NCBI GenBank assembly: GCA_016748015.1
Contig: JAAOMT010000762.1
Span: forward strand, 1-64,000
Length of the DNA: 64,000 nucleotides
From: Geosiphon pyriformis uo1
Lineage: Eukaryota > Fungi > Glomeromycota
Reading direction: 5' to 3'
Shown here: positions 11,421 to 24,560 of the stretch, piece after piece
Layout of the letters: the number at the start of each line of letters is the position of its first letter
How positions within the stretch are numbered: the first letter of the stretch is position 1
The notes under the pieces: model-generated
What the model was told of the DNA's origin: nothing
The model's input: only the letters and a program-made list of their open reading frames with translations
Databases searched by the model: none
Position numbers and translations under genes: made by a program

Positions 11421-14400
11421 CTACACACTAGTATAACCAAAAAATCTATGGGGTATCACACTATTACACATAGTACTCCTACCACATAAAACATCAGTCA
11501 GTATACTATTACACTGTGTATAAACATCACCTACTTTGACTATGGGTTTACCGCTAACTTTGCCACTATTCCTTGAAATGCTATCTACACTGGAGCCACC
11601 AGTTGGACTTCTCTTGACCCTATTATCAATACCTGTTGTTTTTTTCCATTCAGTTTGCAGTTTGCAACATTCTCCCTACAATCTATTCCTTGCTTGAGTA
11701 ACTGCCCATTTACACACCTTAATTAATACTTTATTGCTAGTCCTCAGGTCGATGCCAGAAAAAGTATTGATCCTTCCAAATTGCTTATTGACCAGTCCTT
11801 TACATAGCAGATCTACATTATACGTTGACTTGATGTATTCCTTAGACAGTACAACTTTCTCATCAGTGTTTTGGGCTTCGTGTCCCTCTCTTACAGCTTC
11901 TGAAAGGCACTGTATCCACTTAATTTTTACATCATCAATCAGTGTCTTGCCCTTTTGAGTATTCAAAGAGCATTCCCAGTTGGTTTCTACTTCCTTGTGA
12001 CATGTCTTGCAAAGATTATTCAAGTATATATGGGGACGTCTATTGTATAGCACCTCTGCTGTTGGCAGCATGTTGTGAAATGATTTCATAATAAATGTGT
12101 GCATTGCTGAAGAACTAGCTGAGGTGAAGCCTGATAACATTTTACCATCCCAGTTCCAAATCTTGGTTGTACATATCCAGTCTATATCTTGGTCTAAAAA
12201 TATTATTGTCTCTCAGACTCTGTTGTTGCCTATTCAGTCTAAAGCTGATTGAAGACTAGCCTGTTTGTTCAGAAAATGTCTGATGTTTAGATCCAATTCA
12301 ACTCTTCCACAAACGGGAATGTATGCAGTCTCCTTAGCATTGTAGGCCCACCTCATTGTATCAAGAGCAGTAGATCCTTTGGCTAGTTTGTCAGCCTTTT
12401 CATTTTTGAATATACCAACATGTGCAGCCACTTTGTTCATGCTGAGGTCAATCCTTTTTTCCCTTATTATTGCTCTGATTGCATTCCACGTGCACCAGTT
12501 TGAAGTTTTGAGCTGATTTTTAATAGACAGGAGAGAATCTTTGGACAACCATCTTTGAGCCATTGCCATCACTGCTTGACTATCTGTGTTTATTGTTAGT
12601 TTACATCTGTAAGGCACTGCTTCCAAAGCTAGCAATACAGCCTTTGCCTCTGCTTTTGTTGATGACAATGTTTCATCAATTGCTATACCAAATTCAGTCT
12701 CTATCCCATGTGTTATGAAAGCAGCTGCACCTTTTGCTTCCTCAGAACCAGCATTTACCAGTGAGTCATCTGTTGATATTTCTATCTTCTTCCTGAGTTT
12801 TAACTTCTCTCGTACACACTTCCATTGTGATAGTAAAGTGTCAGGGATATGGATATAAATAGTGTCTCTTTGCATCATTTCTAAATCATCTGGTATTTGG
12901 TTAGTCAGTATGTGCATACCCAATGTCTCACATTGTGCTACATCAATGTTTCTGTACTCATCCATAATGATTGTAGATTCTAAAATCTTAAACCATCTGG
13001 GAATTCTACCACTATCGCTTTGTCTGTACTTCCTTGTGAAGTCCATCCATGTTATCAATAACTCATTATTGTTCTGTATCTGATGCAAATACAACAAGTT
13101 TTCTTTTCTTAGTAAGCTTCTAACTTTAATGTAGATTTCATTTAAAGGTAAGATAGACTCAATTAAATATGCCTGTGGTCTTGAAGATTCAGGTATCCCA
13201 TGTGTGTTACCATCACTCTTGAATGAAATGTCTCTTTTTTCCATCATCTGTATAATGTTTGCTATAAGATTAATCCCTGGCTTGGATCATTCATTGGTGG
13301 AATATTCAAGTATACTATGAGCTGACCATCTCTGTGCCTGCAAGTTGGCTAGTCTGATTTTTGTAGCCATTCCAGAAATATCAGCACTGTTCAATCTAAC
13401 TAACAAATCTGTGATCTTGCTTTTTGCTTGTATATTATCAATTTTGAACAAGTTATACAAGGCTGAGTGATGCATGGCACTGGCTGGGAAGTCTACTGAG
13501 AGTTTTGCTTTTTTTTTCACAGTGGCTGAAATCTTTGAAGTCCATTTTTTAGCCCAGCTATTAGGAATATGAGTTAACTGAGATTTGAATTCAATAGCTG
13601 GACTGAGTACACTGTTAAAAATATAGATGGCTTGTTTCTCAGTTATGTGTTTTTTCCTGATGACTGCACACACAGTCTCATTTTTACCATCTGCTCTGAT
13701 CCATACTCCCAAATATCGGGTACATGTAGATAGATCCAACAATTTCAAGATTTGTTTGTCTGGACCAAATTTTAGTGGCTCTATTATCAAAGATCTCCCT
13801 TTGGAGGGTCTGACCACCATTGTCTCAGTTTTTCCTAAGTTGATCTCAATATCTACCATTCTAAAAAAGGAGCTGGCTATGTCCAAAATACTTTGCATTC
13901 CTTGTCTTGAGTTAGCTATCCATACTGTGTCATCGACAAAGGCAAGGTAATTCACTGACACCAACAGAGATTGTGTATCCACTTGATTATCCCACTTTTT
14001 TCATGCTGCTGTCAGTTTGTATCCTTGACTATAATTGGCTTGTTTTACTTCACACAGTAAGGAGTCATAGAAAATTCTCCACATAATGGGTGAGCTTGTT
14101 TCCCCTGATCCAGTCCATCCTGTACTTGATATTTGTCACTCAACCCAAATTCAGTTATTATCCTGTTGCTTTTATTGTTGTGCATCAAGCCAAACAGCTC
14201 AGTAAATCTATTGTTCATCTTAATCCTCTTTAGTGCAGCTTCCATGGGTTTCCATCTCACTGAATCATATGCCTTTTTCATGTCCTGAAATGTAAACCAA
14301 GTCTTCTTATCAAATTCTCTTGCATGTTCAGCTACAGCATTAATCACATGAATAGGCACTGCTGTGAAGGTATTCTTTAATACTGAGGTATTGTAACCTT

Positions 14401-16315
14401 TTAGGACATTGTGGAGTTCACATGCTTTTAATATTCTCACAGTTAGAATCTTTGTTAAGATCTTTCTGGTGCTTTCAATGAGTGTGATCAGCCTGGTAAT
14501 GTCAATATTGTCACCCCATTCTTTTGGCTTTGGAATCAGTATGACTTGTGCTACTCTCCACTCCTTAGGCATGTTTGCTGCTTTAATGCAAGCATTGAGC
14601 AACATTTTCAGTTTAGACCTGGTATTAGACCCAGCCTTCCTCCAGAGTTCAACTTGAATGCCTGATGGACCAGGAGCTTTGTTATGGGGTGTGTGGCTCA
14701 ATATGTGTTCAAATTCCTTATTTGTTAATTCATCCATTACACTATCAAAGGCATGGTCTGGAATGCTTTCGATCAGTTCAAATCTGTGTTCCCAACTTTT
14801 CCATAGGTCAGGCTCAATGCTTCTCGTTCTGGTCCATCTTTGGGCTTTTTTGTTTACTAGCTTTTTAATTTCATCAGAATCATCATGAAATTTGCCTTTT
14901 TCAATTACATGGTCTAGTACAATTCTTTGTCTTTTTCTGTTCATAATGCTTTTAATCATAGCTTCTTTGTTTAGATCAAAGTTTTGTTGTTTCCTAATGA
15001 TATTGTCCACTATCTGCCTTTGCTGTTGTAGCCTGATCCTAGCTCGCAGCGTTGATCTGTATTCTTTCTTAATATTAATTAGTTCCACAATTAGCTTATC
15101 CTTTGGGAGAGCCATCAGATATGCATTAACTGTTTCAGATTTCAGCTGTTTCCATTTGGCCAACAACTGCATAACATTGTTATCATGCATATCTGCATTG
15201 TTTACTCTTATTTGTTTGATTATATCAGCAACAATCTTAACAAGTTTGTGATCTATGCATTCTTTCTTTGTGTGTGCAGATCGGGCTCCCACTTTCCTTT
15301 TTGGTAGGCACTCAGCAGCTTGTAACACAGTCTCCTTGATTGTAAGCCACATCTGGTTTAGATCATCATTGCTGTTATCTATCAATTTTTTTTGTGCTTC
15401 ATCTGTTAGTTGATCAGTCTCTCTAGCATAGATTTCCCATTGGACTCCAGATGCCTTTTTAACATCAATCATAGTTGTACTACACTTCTTTCTTTCAGAT
15501 CTAGATTTTTTAGTGCCTGCCAATATTCTGTCAGATTGGATGATTGTCACCACAGCTTTGTAATCAGTGCTAAAGGATTTGTTAACATCAATCACCCTAA
15601 TGTTTGTGACCAGTGAGGCTGTAACTGCATCAGTAAATACATAGTCCAATCTTCTTTGTACACCATTTGATGCCCATGTCTTTTCTGGATTGTTTGTTGC
15701 ATATGCCCCATGTGTATCCACTAAATTCAAATGTTGTAATGTTGTAGCAGTTGGACAAGCTTTGGCCTTATTTGTAGCATATGTTTCCTCAAGTGACTTG
15801 GATGACAGATCTTCATTCAAATTGCCTGCTACTATGATAATCTCTTTGTTCTGTACAATGTCTCCCAAAAGTTTCCTAATTTTTTTAGCTACTGCTCTCT
15901 CAGTAGGCGATTTGGAAGCAGGCATGTACAGTCCTACTATGTGCACATTGATTCTTCCTCTAAATTTCAACCCCAAATGCAACAACCTCCCATGAAACCC
16001 TCTGATTGTTTCTACATGGTGTATCCAACATTTTTTGACCAGTATATCAACACCAGTTCCCATTTGTTTCTCTGTACTTGATTCCCAAAAGGCATGATAT
16101 TCATCAGAACCAAAAAATACACCCTTTTTTTTTGTTGGAGTCATTTTAGTTTCTGTAACAATCACAAAATCAAATTGTTTCTCAATAATCCACCATAGCA
16201 CTTCTTCAGCTTTATCAGGATTATTAAGTCCCCTAACATTAACAGTACCAATTTTCCAAGTGTTGTTATTGGAGTAGTTCTGTTCTATGTTGGAATTAGG
16301 TGTGCTACACATCAT
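11421..16315 (-). pseudogene. LINE ORF2: APE endonuclease - RT - RNase H - C-terminal zinc finger
   Basis: GTVNVRGLN/ETK/RLDY/STD (APE); APGPSG, FQDMKKAYDSV, AFVDD (RT); STD.S..AEAKA..TDSQ..KVAAH..NEKAD (RNase H); LPT..CKTC..ET..WEC; ends GYTSV* at 11421. Confidence 0.92.
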
Positions 16316-18663
16316 CTGTTTTCATAGATTTAGATTCTTCAGCAGTAGAACTGCTCCAGCTACTCTGTTTCTTCACTTGCTTCAGTAACTCCAGAATGGG
16401 TTTCAAAGTTTTTTTAATTTCTTTGATTTCCAATTCTGGGTTGTATGCCTTCTTTTTTCCTTCTGGGGTAGATTTCAATATAGTACTTTGGCTTGACAAC
16501 CCCATTTCTATCACTTCTTTTTCTTCTGAGGTGTCACTTGGCTGTTAATTAACTATTACTTTTTCACCCTTTTCTAGTGTCACTCCAAGTTTGGCAGCAA
16601 CTGCATTCAGCAGTTTTGCCATTTCATTAACCTGCTGTTTTAGTTCATCAATTTTACTCTTCCATGGTTGGTTACCTCCTTTTTTTGGTTGTTCTTCCTT
16701 ATTGTTCACTTGTGAACTAGGTTTCTGAGTATTGTTTGAATTGGTGTTGTTCTGGTTATGGGGCAGTCTGAGTGCACCATATCAGCATATGATCTTCCAC
16801 CAAAGGCTTTGATGTTTTCCTCTGGAACATTCCTCTTAACATACAGTTTTGCCAATCTGATATTGTTGGTAACTTTCTTGGTATCTCCTTCTTTCTTCTT
16901 ATGCAGGGTTGGACATTTTGAAACCAAATGTCCTACCCGGTAACAGAAGTGGCACTCTTTAGCATCAGTAGGCACCCAGTGGACCAGTGTGTTACCAATT
17001 ACCAAGGGTTTTTTGGTGGCATTGTTTTGGCTAGCTTCACTGTCAAATCCCACATAAGCACAGCCCATCCTTGTGTAATTTTTACTAGTTCTTGGGATGA
17101 AGCAGGATCAGGCACTGATTTGATCCAAAGTGGTGCTCAAATAGTGAGCAGTACAGTTCTGTGGTAAGTCCACCAATTTAGCTTCTCAAGTTTTTCTCTG
17201 CTCAATGATCTTTTGGATTCCAATCATCAAGTAGATTCTGACTGCATTCTTTCTGACCATGGTTGACCATTGGTCTACAGCTCTTGTTGCTTCCTCTTGG
17301 TTGCTATACTCGACCACTGCTGATTGCCATTTGCCAGCCACTCTGATTTGGATTTTTTTGACCTCACCAAATTCTTTCATAGCAGCCCCACCTCTCTGTC
17401 AGAGATGCCCAGGGGGATATCTCTTACTAGGACTTTTTTCTGACCAGCCATTTAGATGTTGACACCATCAGTAGCCATCAAAAATGATTCAATATCATTA
17501 TTTGCCAGAATTTCTCTGGCTTGGTCTCTTCCAGCCACTTGGGAGAAATCCACTCTGATTTCTTGGTTTCTAGCCATTACAGCTCCCAAGAGGTAGCTGA
17601 CATCTTCCAAGAGATTATAGATCCACCCCACTTTTTTTTCCATGATTTTCTCAGGTATATCCAACGCTTGTACAAAAAGCACATGTCTCTTGGTTCCATG
17701 AACCACTCTTTGCCATCCTTCCTTCTGGTTTGCTTCCACAGACATGGGTTTTTTGCCAAGTGATTTACTACTGTATTGTCCTAGACTTGGACTAGCCATT
17801 CTGCTTGATAGGCTTGATTCAGATTCTTCCATGTCTTCTATGACATCCTCTGCATTAGGCTTATCTCTGTTTGCATCAAATGGATTGTCTATTTGTTTTT
17901 CATTCTCTAATGCAGACTTTCCTCTGTTGATCCTGTCCAAAATATCAGGATTGCACTTTCTCAGAGCTGCTTCTATTTGTGCAGCTCTGTTTCTGTCTTC
18001 TTTAAGCACTTTGAATGGTCCATCCATTTTTCTCAGGGACTTTGAGGCTCCCTTTTCACCAGTCCAAGCTTCCATTTGAAATTTGTTGCTATTTCCTCCT
18101 TTGTTGAACATTGGCTGCAAGACAAAGGTATCAGTTCAAACAGATGTGGTTTTGGGTAAGTTTTCTTCAAATATTTGGGTGAATTTCTCAGTTAGCCCTT
18201 TTACACTTAATTCTTCAATGTGTCTGTATTTTTTGTTGGCTTTTTCCTTTAATCTGTTAGCTGTTATCGGAGAAAAATCTGCTGCTCTCCTATGTGGAGC
18301 TGTTTTTTTTGATGTTTTGGCTATTCTAAAGGGTGTATCGTCTCCACTACTTGTGTTCACACTTCCAAATAGTCTATTGGTAGTTTCAAATCTAAATGGA
18401 GATATAATAGGTCTGGCAATTTCCACAGTCAATGAACTTTGTGAATTAGCATTGATGTCTTCCTCTTCTGCAGTGGAAGTTATTTTCCCTTCCACTTGGT
18501 ATTCACTAACAATAGTCTTTACACTTGTATTTCTTTGCATGACTGTTGTCACTTCACTGTTGACGTTGTTATCAGACACTTTTAAGTCTGTTGTGATAGT
18601 AATAATAATTTATTATAATTAAAGGTTTCTTTGCAAAAACTTACTTTTCCAAATTTGAAGCAT
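16305..18663 (-). pseudogene. LINE ORF1 (RRM-RRM-CCHC, coiled coil), probable 57-nt intron at 18588-18644
   Basis: CHFCYRVGHLVSKC; FGEVKKIQI..WQSAVVEY; AKLVDLP; several stops; stop overlaps ORF2 start (ATGATGTGTAG). Confidence 0.85.
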
Positions 18664-18726
18664 AGTAAATTGTGTAGTAGCAGTCAAAGAGAGAAAAAAA
18701 GTTTTTTTTCATAAATGTGAAGATAG

Positions 18727-19389
18727 TGTTATGGTTGAAACTCATAGTTTTTATTAGTTATCACATGTATTAGCCACTGATGTCATATAATTAGCCATCC
18801 TACTTTTAAATAGTGATTATTGACCTGATCATTGACCTGATCATTGACCTGGTCATTGACCACTTTCAATAGATATATAAGTGATGAGTCTCTTAGTTGT
18901 AGAAAAATATCAATGTAAGGAATCAAGACAATTAAAAAAATAAAATAACAAACTTCCATCTCAAATATTCTCTTATCGCTAATTTCCTTTTCCCTACCTT
19001 CAAGTATCTGAACATTTTTTGAATAAAAAATTACTTGTTGGCACTTTCCTGAAACATGTAATTGCAGTATTTGAAAATTATTTAAATAAACGTGACTGAA
19101 GAGCACAAGTTGATACCTGATATTGAATTCTAAGAGTGCCGACATAAGGCATAAAATTATACCAGCAGTTATCAATTGTTGACAGTATGGACTATCCCTC
19201 TACCTTCAGATTCCCTTGTTATTATTTGAAAAAAATAGCAACTGAGATATTTTATGAGACTGATCTCGCACATTGAATCCATATTTATTCAATTCGCTCA
19301 TTGAAGTTGAATTCTCTTTGATTATTTCCATCACCCTACAATCCTGTTTTCTCTTGCTATTTATTAGCTTGTTATTTCAATCTGTAACA
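18727..19389 (+). repeat. Complete Gypsy LTR, opposite to the surrounding elements
   Basis: tgttatggttg...tctgtaaca; flanks atag/gtac do not match each other. Confidence 0.95.
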
Positions 19390-22300
19390 GTACCAAGTCT
19401 TCTTTGCAAAATGTTTTTGTAATTTCCTATTGTGATTTCTTCAAAGGATATTGTCTCAATATCAGTTTCTATTGGTAGTGTTGCCTTTCATCCATAGAGC
19501 AGGTAAAAGGGTTCATAACTTGTTATGTCATGATTCACAGTTCTATAAGCAAACAAAGCTGAAAGCAGTACTTTGTCCCATAAGTTTGTTTCTTCACTTG
19601 TTTTGGCTAAGGTTTCACACAGTGTTCTATTGAAACATTCCACAAGGCCATTTGTTTGGAAGTGATAAGGAGAGGAAAGTTTGTGACATATTCCCATTTT
19701 TCTACAAAGTTCTTCAACCAGTGTACTGAGAAAAGCTCTTCCTCTATCAGATAAAAGTTCTTTGGAGCAGTCATGGTGACAAATGATATCTTCATAAATG
19801 AAATTAGCAATGGAAACTGCTGTTTGATCTGGGGTGGCTTTTGCTTTTACCCACTTTGTAAGATAGTCAGTAGCTGTGATAATGTATCTGTTGCCATCAG
19901 GAATTACTGTTAATGGTCCAACAACATCTATACCAATTCTGTTAAATGGTTGGCCAACAGAGATTGGATGGATGTCTTCTTTGCGATTGGGTTTTCCTCT
20001 TCTTTGGCAGGTATCACAGGTTTTAATGTACTCAGCAATGTCTTTTCCCAAGGTAGGCCAATAATAGTGAGCTAGAGTTTTCTAAATTGTTTTTGTTTTT
20101 TCAAAGTGTCCAGCTAATAGATCAGTGTGCATATTGTAGATCACAATTTCTCTTTCTTCAAATCTTATGACTTTTTGAGGGTGGTCAGGATCTTTTTTAT
20201 TTCTTTTGTATAATTGGTTCTGGCAGATCAAATTAAAATTTGATTGTTTGCACAAATGTTCTCTTTGCTGTCAAGTGTATTCCAGTGGGTATTGTTCTTT
20301 ACACAAAAATTTTATTAAGGCAGAGTAGTTGTCCAAGTCTATTATCGTGTTTGGTTGTAAGTGAATTACTAATAATTAGGTTAGTTTGGTTTGGGAGGTT
20401 GTACTGTCACTTGGTGGTAAGTCTAAAGAGAGTGTCAGCATTTTGATGATTAGCTTCTTTATGGTGTTGAATATCATAGTCAAATTCATCCAAGTGGAGT
20501 ATCTAGCGGGCTATCTGTTTATGTTCTAGCCTTTTCTTGTTGTGCAGCCAAACCAAAGCTTGGTGATCTGTTATCACCAAAAACTTCACACCAAGGAGAT
20601 ACTTATTCCAGTAGCTGGTAGTCCAAACTACTGCTAAGCATTCCTGTTCAGTAACTGAATAGTTCTTTTCTGCTGGTGTAAGGATTCTACTGGCATAGGC
20701 TATTGCATGTTTCCTGCCATCTTCATCTTTTTGTGAGAAAACAGCACCAAGTCCATAGCCAGATGCATCAGTGTAAAGAATAAAAGGTTGATCCAGATCA
20801 GGTTGCTTGAGAATATGTTCTGTAACCAATTTTTCTTTAAAAGTTTCAAATGCTTTCTGCTGATGTGTGCCCCAATGGTAGTTGACATTTTTCTTGAGTA
20901 GCTGATTGAGTGGAGAGGCAATTTTGGAGAAATCCTTAACAAATTTGCAATAATAGAAGGCCAAACCAAGGAAAGAACGTAACTTATGAACATTCATTGG
21001 TTGTCTTATGTTCTGAACTTTTTCCACTTTGGCTGGATCAGGAAAGATTCCATCTTTGTAATAAGATGGCCAAGGAATTGGGTGGATTGTCTTCCAAAGA
21101 AAGATTTGATTGGGTTGATCTTGAGACCTGCATTTCTGAGAAAATCAAAAACCTTTTGCAAATGTTCAAGATGTTCATTCCAAATTTTTGAGTACACCAT
21201 TATATTGTCCAGATAGACCAGAACAAAGTTTTCTTTCACTGATTCAAATACTTTATCCATTAAGCATTGAAAGGTGGGAGGGACATTGGTGAGATCAAAA
21301 AGCATGACTGTGAATTCATAGGTGCCATACTTGGTGATGAAGGCAGTTTTCTTCCAGCTTTCTGGATCCATCTCTACTTGCCAGAATCCAGCAGTTAGAT
21401 CAATGGTTGAAAAGAAAGCAGCATCTTTGAATTGGTCCAGCATTGCATCAATTTTGGGAAGTGGGTACATGTCTTTTTCAGTGATGGCATTTAATTGGCA
21501 ATAATTGACACAGAAACATAGGGTTTCACTTTTCTTAGATACCACTACAACTGGGAAAGCCCATTTACTCTTGGTTTTTTGTATGAATCCAAGATCTTTC
21601 ATTCGTTTTATTTCTTTCTTGATGAACTTATCATTGTGGTGATTGGATTGATATGGCTTTAGATGGATGGGATGAGTTTCTCTGGTGGTAATGGTGTGTT
21701 GTATCATATGAGTTTGTCCTGGGGTATCACCTTCTTTTGAGATAACTGGGCTGTTTCTAGCAAGCAGATTTTCAATGTCTATTCTTCTTTCTTCTGAAGA
21801 GGGTTCTCTTTGTTTTACAACTAGTGATTGGATCTCAGGTGGTTTATTTTCAAAGAACTTTTGGACTTCTTTCAATTCTTCTCTAAGTATCAAACTGATT
21901 GGTTCCCAATCTTTGTAATAGATCAGGCATGATTTGCATTCATCACTTGGAGAATACAAGGGTTGGTTGCACCAGCACTGGGCACAAGAACTATGCCACC
22001 AATAATGGTACTTGGCTTTCTTGCTAGGTTTTTGGTCAAAGGTTCTTCTAAGGATGTCATAGTAGGACCAGCAAATCAGCTTGCCATTCACAATAATTCC
22101 TTCTTTGTCAGCTTTGACATTGTCCATTACTGGTAAAGGTAGTGTATGTGAGTTTAGTGGTTTCTTCTTGTTCCTCTTGTTCTTCTTCATCATCACTCTC
22201 TTCATCATCTGATTCATCTGATTGTTCTTTTTCTTGATCCTGTTTGTTTGCTGAGGGAGTTGTCCAATGGCAGCATTTAACCACTATGGGCTTCTCACCA

Positions 22301-24549
22301 CATCTGATGGTTAATTCACACAGTTCATAGTCAAGTAAGGCTTTTGCTTTCTTGAGCCACTCATTGCCAACAATGATGGTGTATTCCTTTGCTTCAGAAA
22401 CCTCCATGTCAGTTTCAATGCTGATGCCATTGATGCAGACTGGAATAGCTTTGGCAATACCAAAACTTTTTTTTTTATTACCATGTACATTGGTCATAGG
22501 TCTGGTGAAAGGTTTGTCAATTTTTCTGCCAATTGCTTCTAAGAAATGTTTGGCAATGACACTTATGGATGATCCACTGTCTAGAATCAAGTCAATGAAA
22601 TAACCAGCCACTTGAGCTTTGCAAATTAAAGGGGTAATGTTGCTGTTGTCAGCAAGTCCAGCTTGATGAAGGCATTTGTTGGTTTTTGGTATTTTCTTCT
22701 TGGGGATCAGAGATTTGCGAAGATTTTTTCTAAACTGTGGATGAGTCATCAGCTGGCCAAAGGTAATATGTGCTGGGGTTTCCATGAAATCTTTAACAAC
22801 AGAATAAGGTCCAGATTTTTGTACTATTTCTGGGGGTTCTAGCTTTGGGGGATTCTTAAAAACTTTAGCCTTTGGTGGCTCATTATTATCAGTAGTTAAT
22901 GTGGATGGTTTGTTTGGATCCAAAACAAATCAACCTTGGCTTTTTTCTTCTTCCTTGTTGATTCTGTGGTGTTAATTGCTAGTTTATTCATGTTATGGTC
23001 ATCATCAGTTAAGTTAAAGGCGTAAAAAAGGTTTTCTTCTGGTTGGCTTGCACTTTCACCCTTTGGAGGTGTGCCTACCAGTTTAAAAGCTGATAAACAG
23101 TGGCTTCAACTAGGGGATCCTCTCCAAAAAAATTGATATTGGCATGATTAGGCCTTTGATTGGGGGTGTTGTTGTTAATGGTTCTGTTGTTTTGGTTATC
23201 ATTGTTTCTGGGAGCTGGAGGGGGTAAGAGAAGATTGTTGCAATCTCTTGAAAAATGTCCAGTTAATCCACAGCAATAGCACACAAGTGGGCCATGATTT
23301 TGTTGTCTTTGATAAGATGGTTGCTGAAGCTGATTGAAGCATGACTCAAATCTGGGTCTTTGGGGTTGCTGGTTATCTCGGACTGCTTGGGCTAATGGTT
23401 CTAATAGCCAAGCAAGATTTGCTGTGAGTCTATCTATCAACTGTTCATTTGGGTCTTGAGTTTGGGCAGCAAAAGAAGTAGCAGCCATTTGGGGAGCAGG
23501 AGCCATAACAGGAGCAGGAGCAAAAACTGGAAGTGTGAATCTCAAATGCATTCTTTGGTTGTCTTCAATTCTTTGGGCAAGTTCAATGGCCATGTCCATT
23601 GTAGGATTATCTTTTAGAGCCAAGAGAGGCCAAAGAGCATAGGATAAGTCAGTTCTCAATCTTTTTGTAAAGGAATGAATCTTTTGATCTTCTGTTCAGT
23701 TTCTTCTAAAGTCCAATCATTTGATTAACTTTCTGATAGCTTTGGCATATTCAGTTACTACTTCTCCTGGACCTTGAGTTCTTCTTTCCAATTTCATGCA
23801 CCACTTGGATATCAAGATTGGGGTTCTGAACTTGTTTTCAAACTGGGTTGTGAAAGAGGTGTTGTTTTCTCCAGCATTTGCTGGCATTCATTTAATAATT
23901 CTTTGATGGGCATTAGCATCAGTTTCTTGTGAGAACCAGGTAGCAGAAGAGCCTTGGAGGTAGCCACCAACAATTTGAAACTTGTACTCATCATTGTATT
24001 GGTTGGCTGTAGCAGCTCTTTCAAAATCATCCAACTATTCAATTGGATCTTGTGCATTGCCTTTGAATAATGGTAGTGGGGTGTTGTTTCTTCGTCCCAA
24101 AGCAGTTTGTATGCCTTGGAGGGTGGTCAAGATGTTTGCTTGCATTGGATCTTGGGCCATTGGTTCAGGAGTTACTGTTTGTGTGGAGTGCTCTAATTCA
24201 CTTGAGAAAATATCAAAAATAGGGGCAGTTTGGTAACTTTTTTCTTCTGTTTCAAAGAGGTTTTCAGCTAGTTGGTGAGCAGCAATCCAAATATGAATTT
24301 GGTGATTCAAATATTCAAAATCAGGGGGCTGTTGTTCAAAGGTTGTGGAGTATAAGAGCTGATTGATGCTGGTATTTCATTCTTCAAAATTGTCTTCAAA
24401 GTAAGCTTGATCAAAGTAATAGATGATATAAGCTGTATAGGTTTCAGCCAAATGCTCATTCAGGAACCAGTTCTAAAAGTCTTGGAATTGTCTACTGGAT
24501 TGTTTTTCAACAGGGAAACAGATCAAGCAAAAGGACAGAAGATTGAGTT
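19390..24549 (-). mobile_element. G3: Gypsy internal fragment (truncated INT, RH, RT, PR, most of gag)
   Basis: Integrase core 19488-20051, RT with YLDN, protease LILDSGS, gag CCHC-like knuckle; both ends truncated. Confidence 0.92.
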
Positions 24550-24560
24550 TGCTATACTAT

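Larger units (their letters stand above)
11277..18716 (-). mobile_element. C1: full-length LINE (~7.4 kb)
   Basis: Poly(T) at 11277-11291; two ORFs; 13-bp TSD gtaaagatagtgt (11264-11276) / gtgaagatagtgt (18717-18729, last 3 nt coincide with the next LTR start). Confidence 0.92.
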
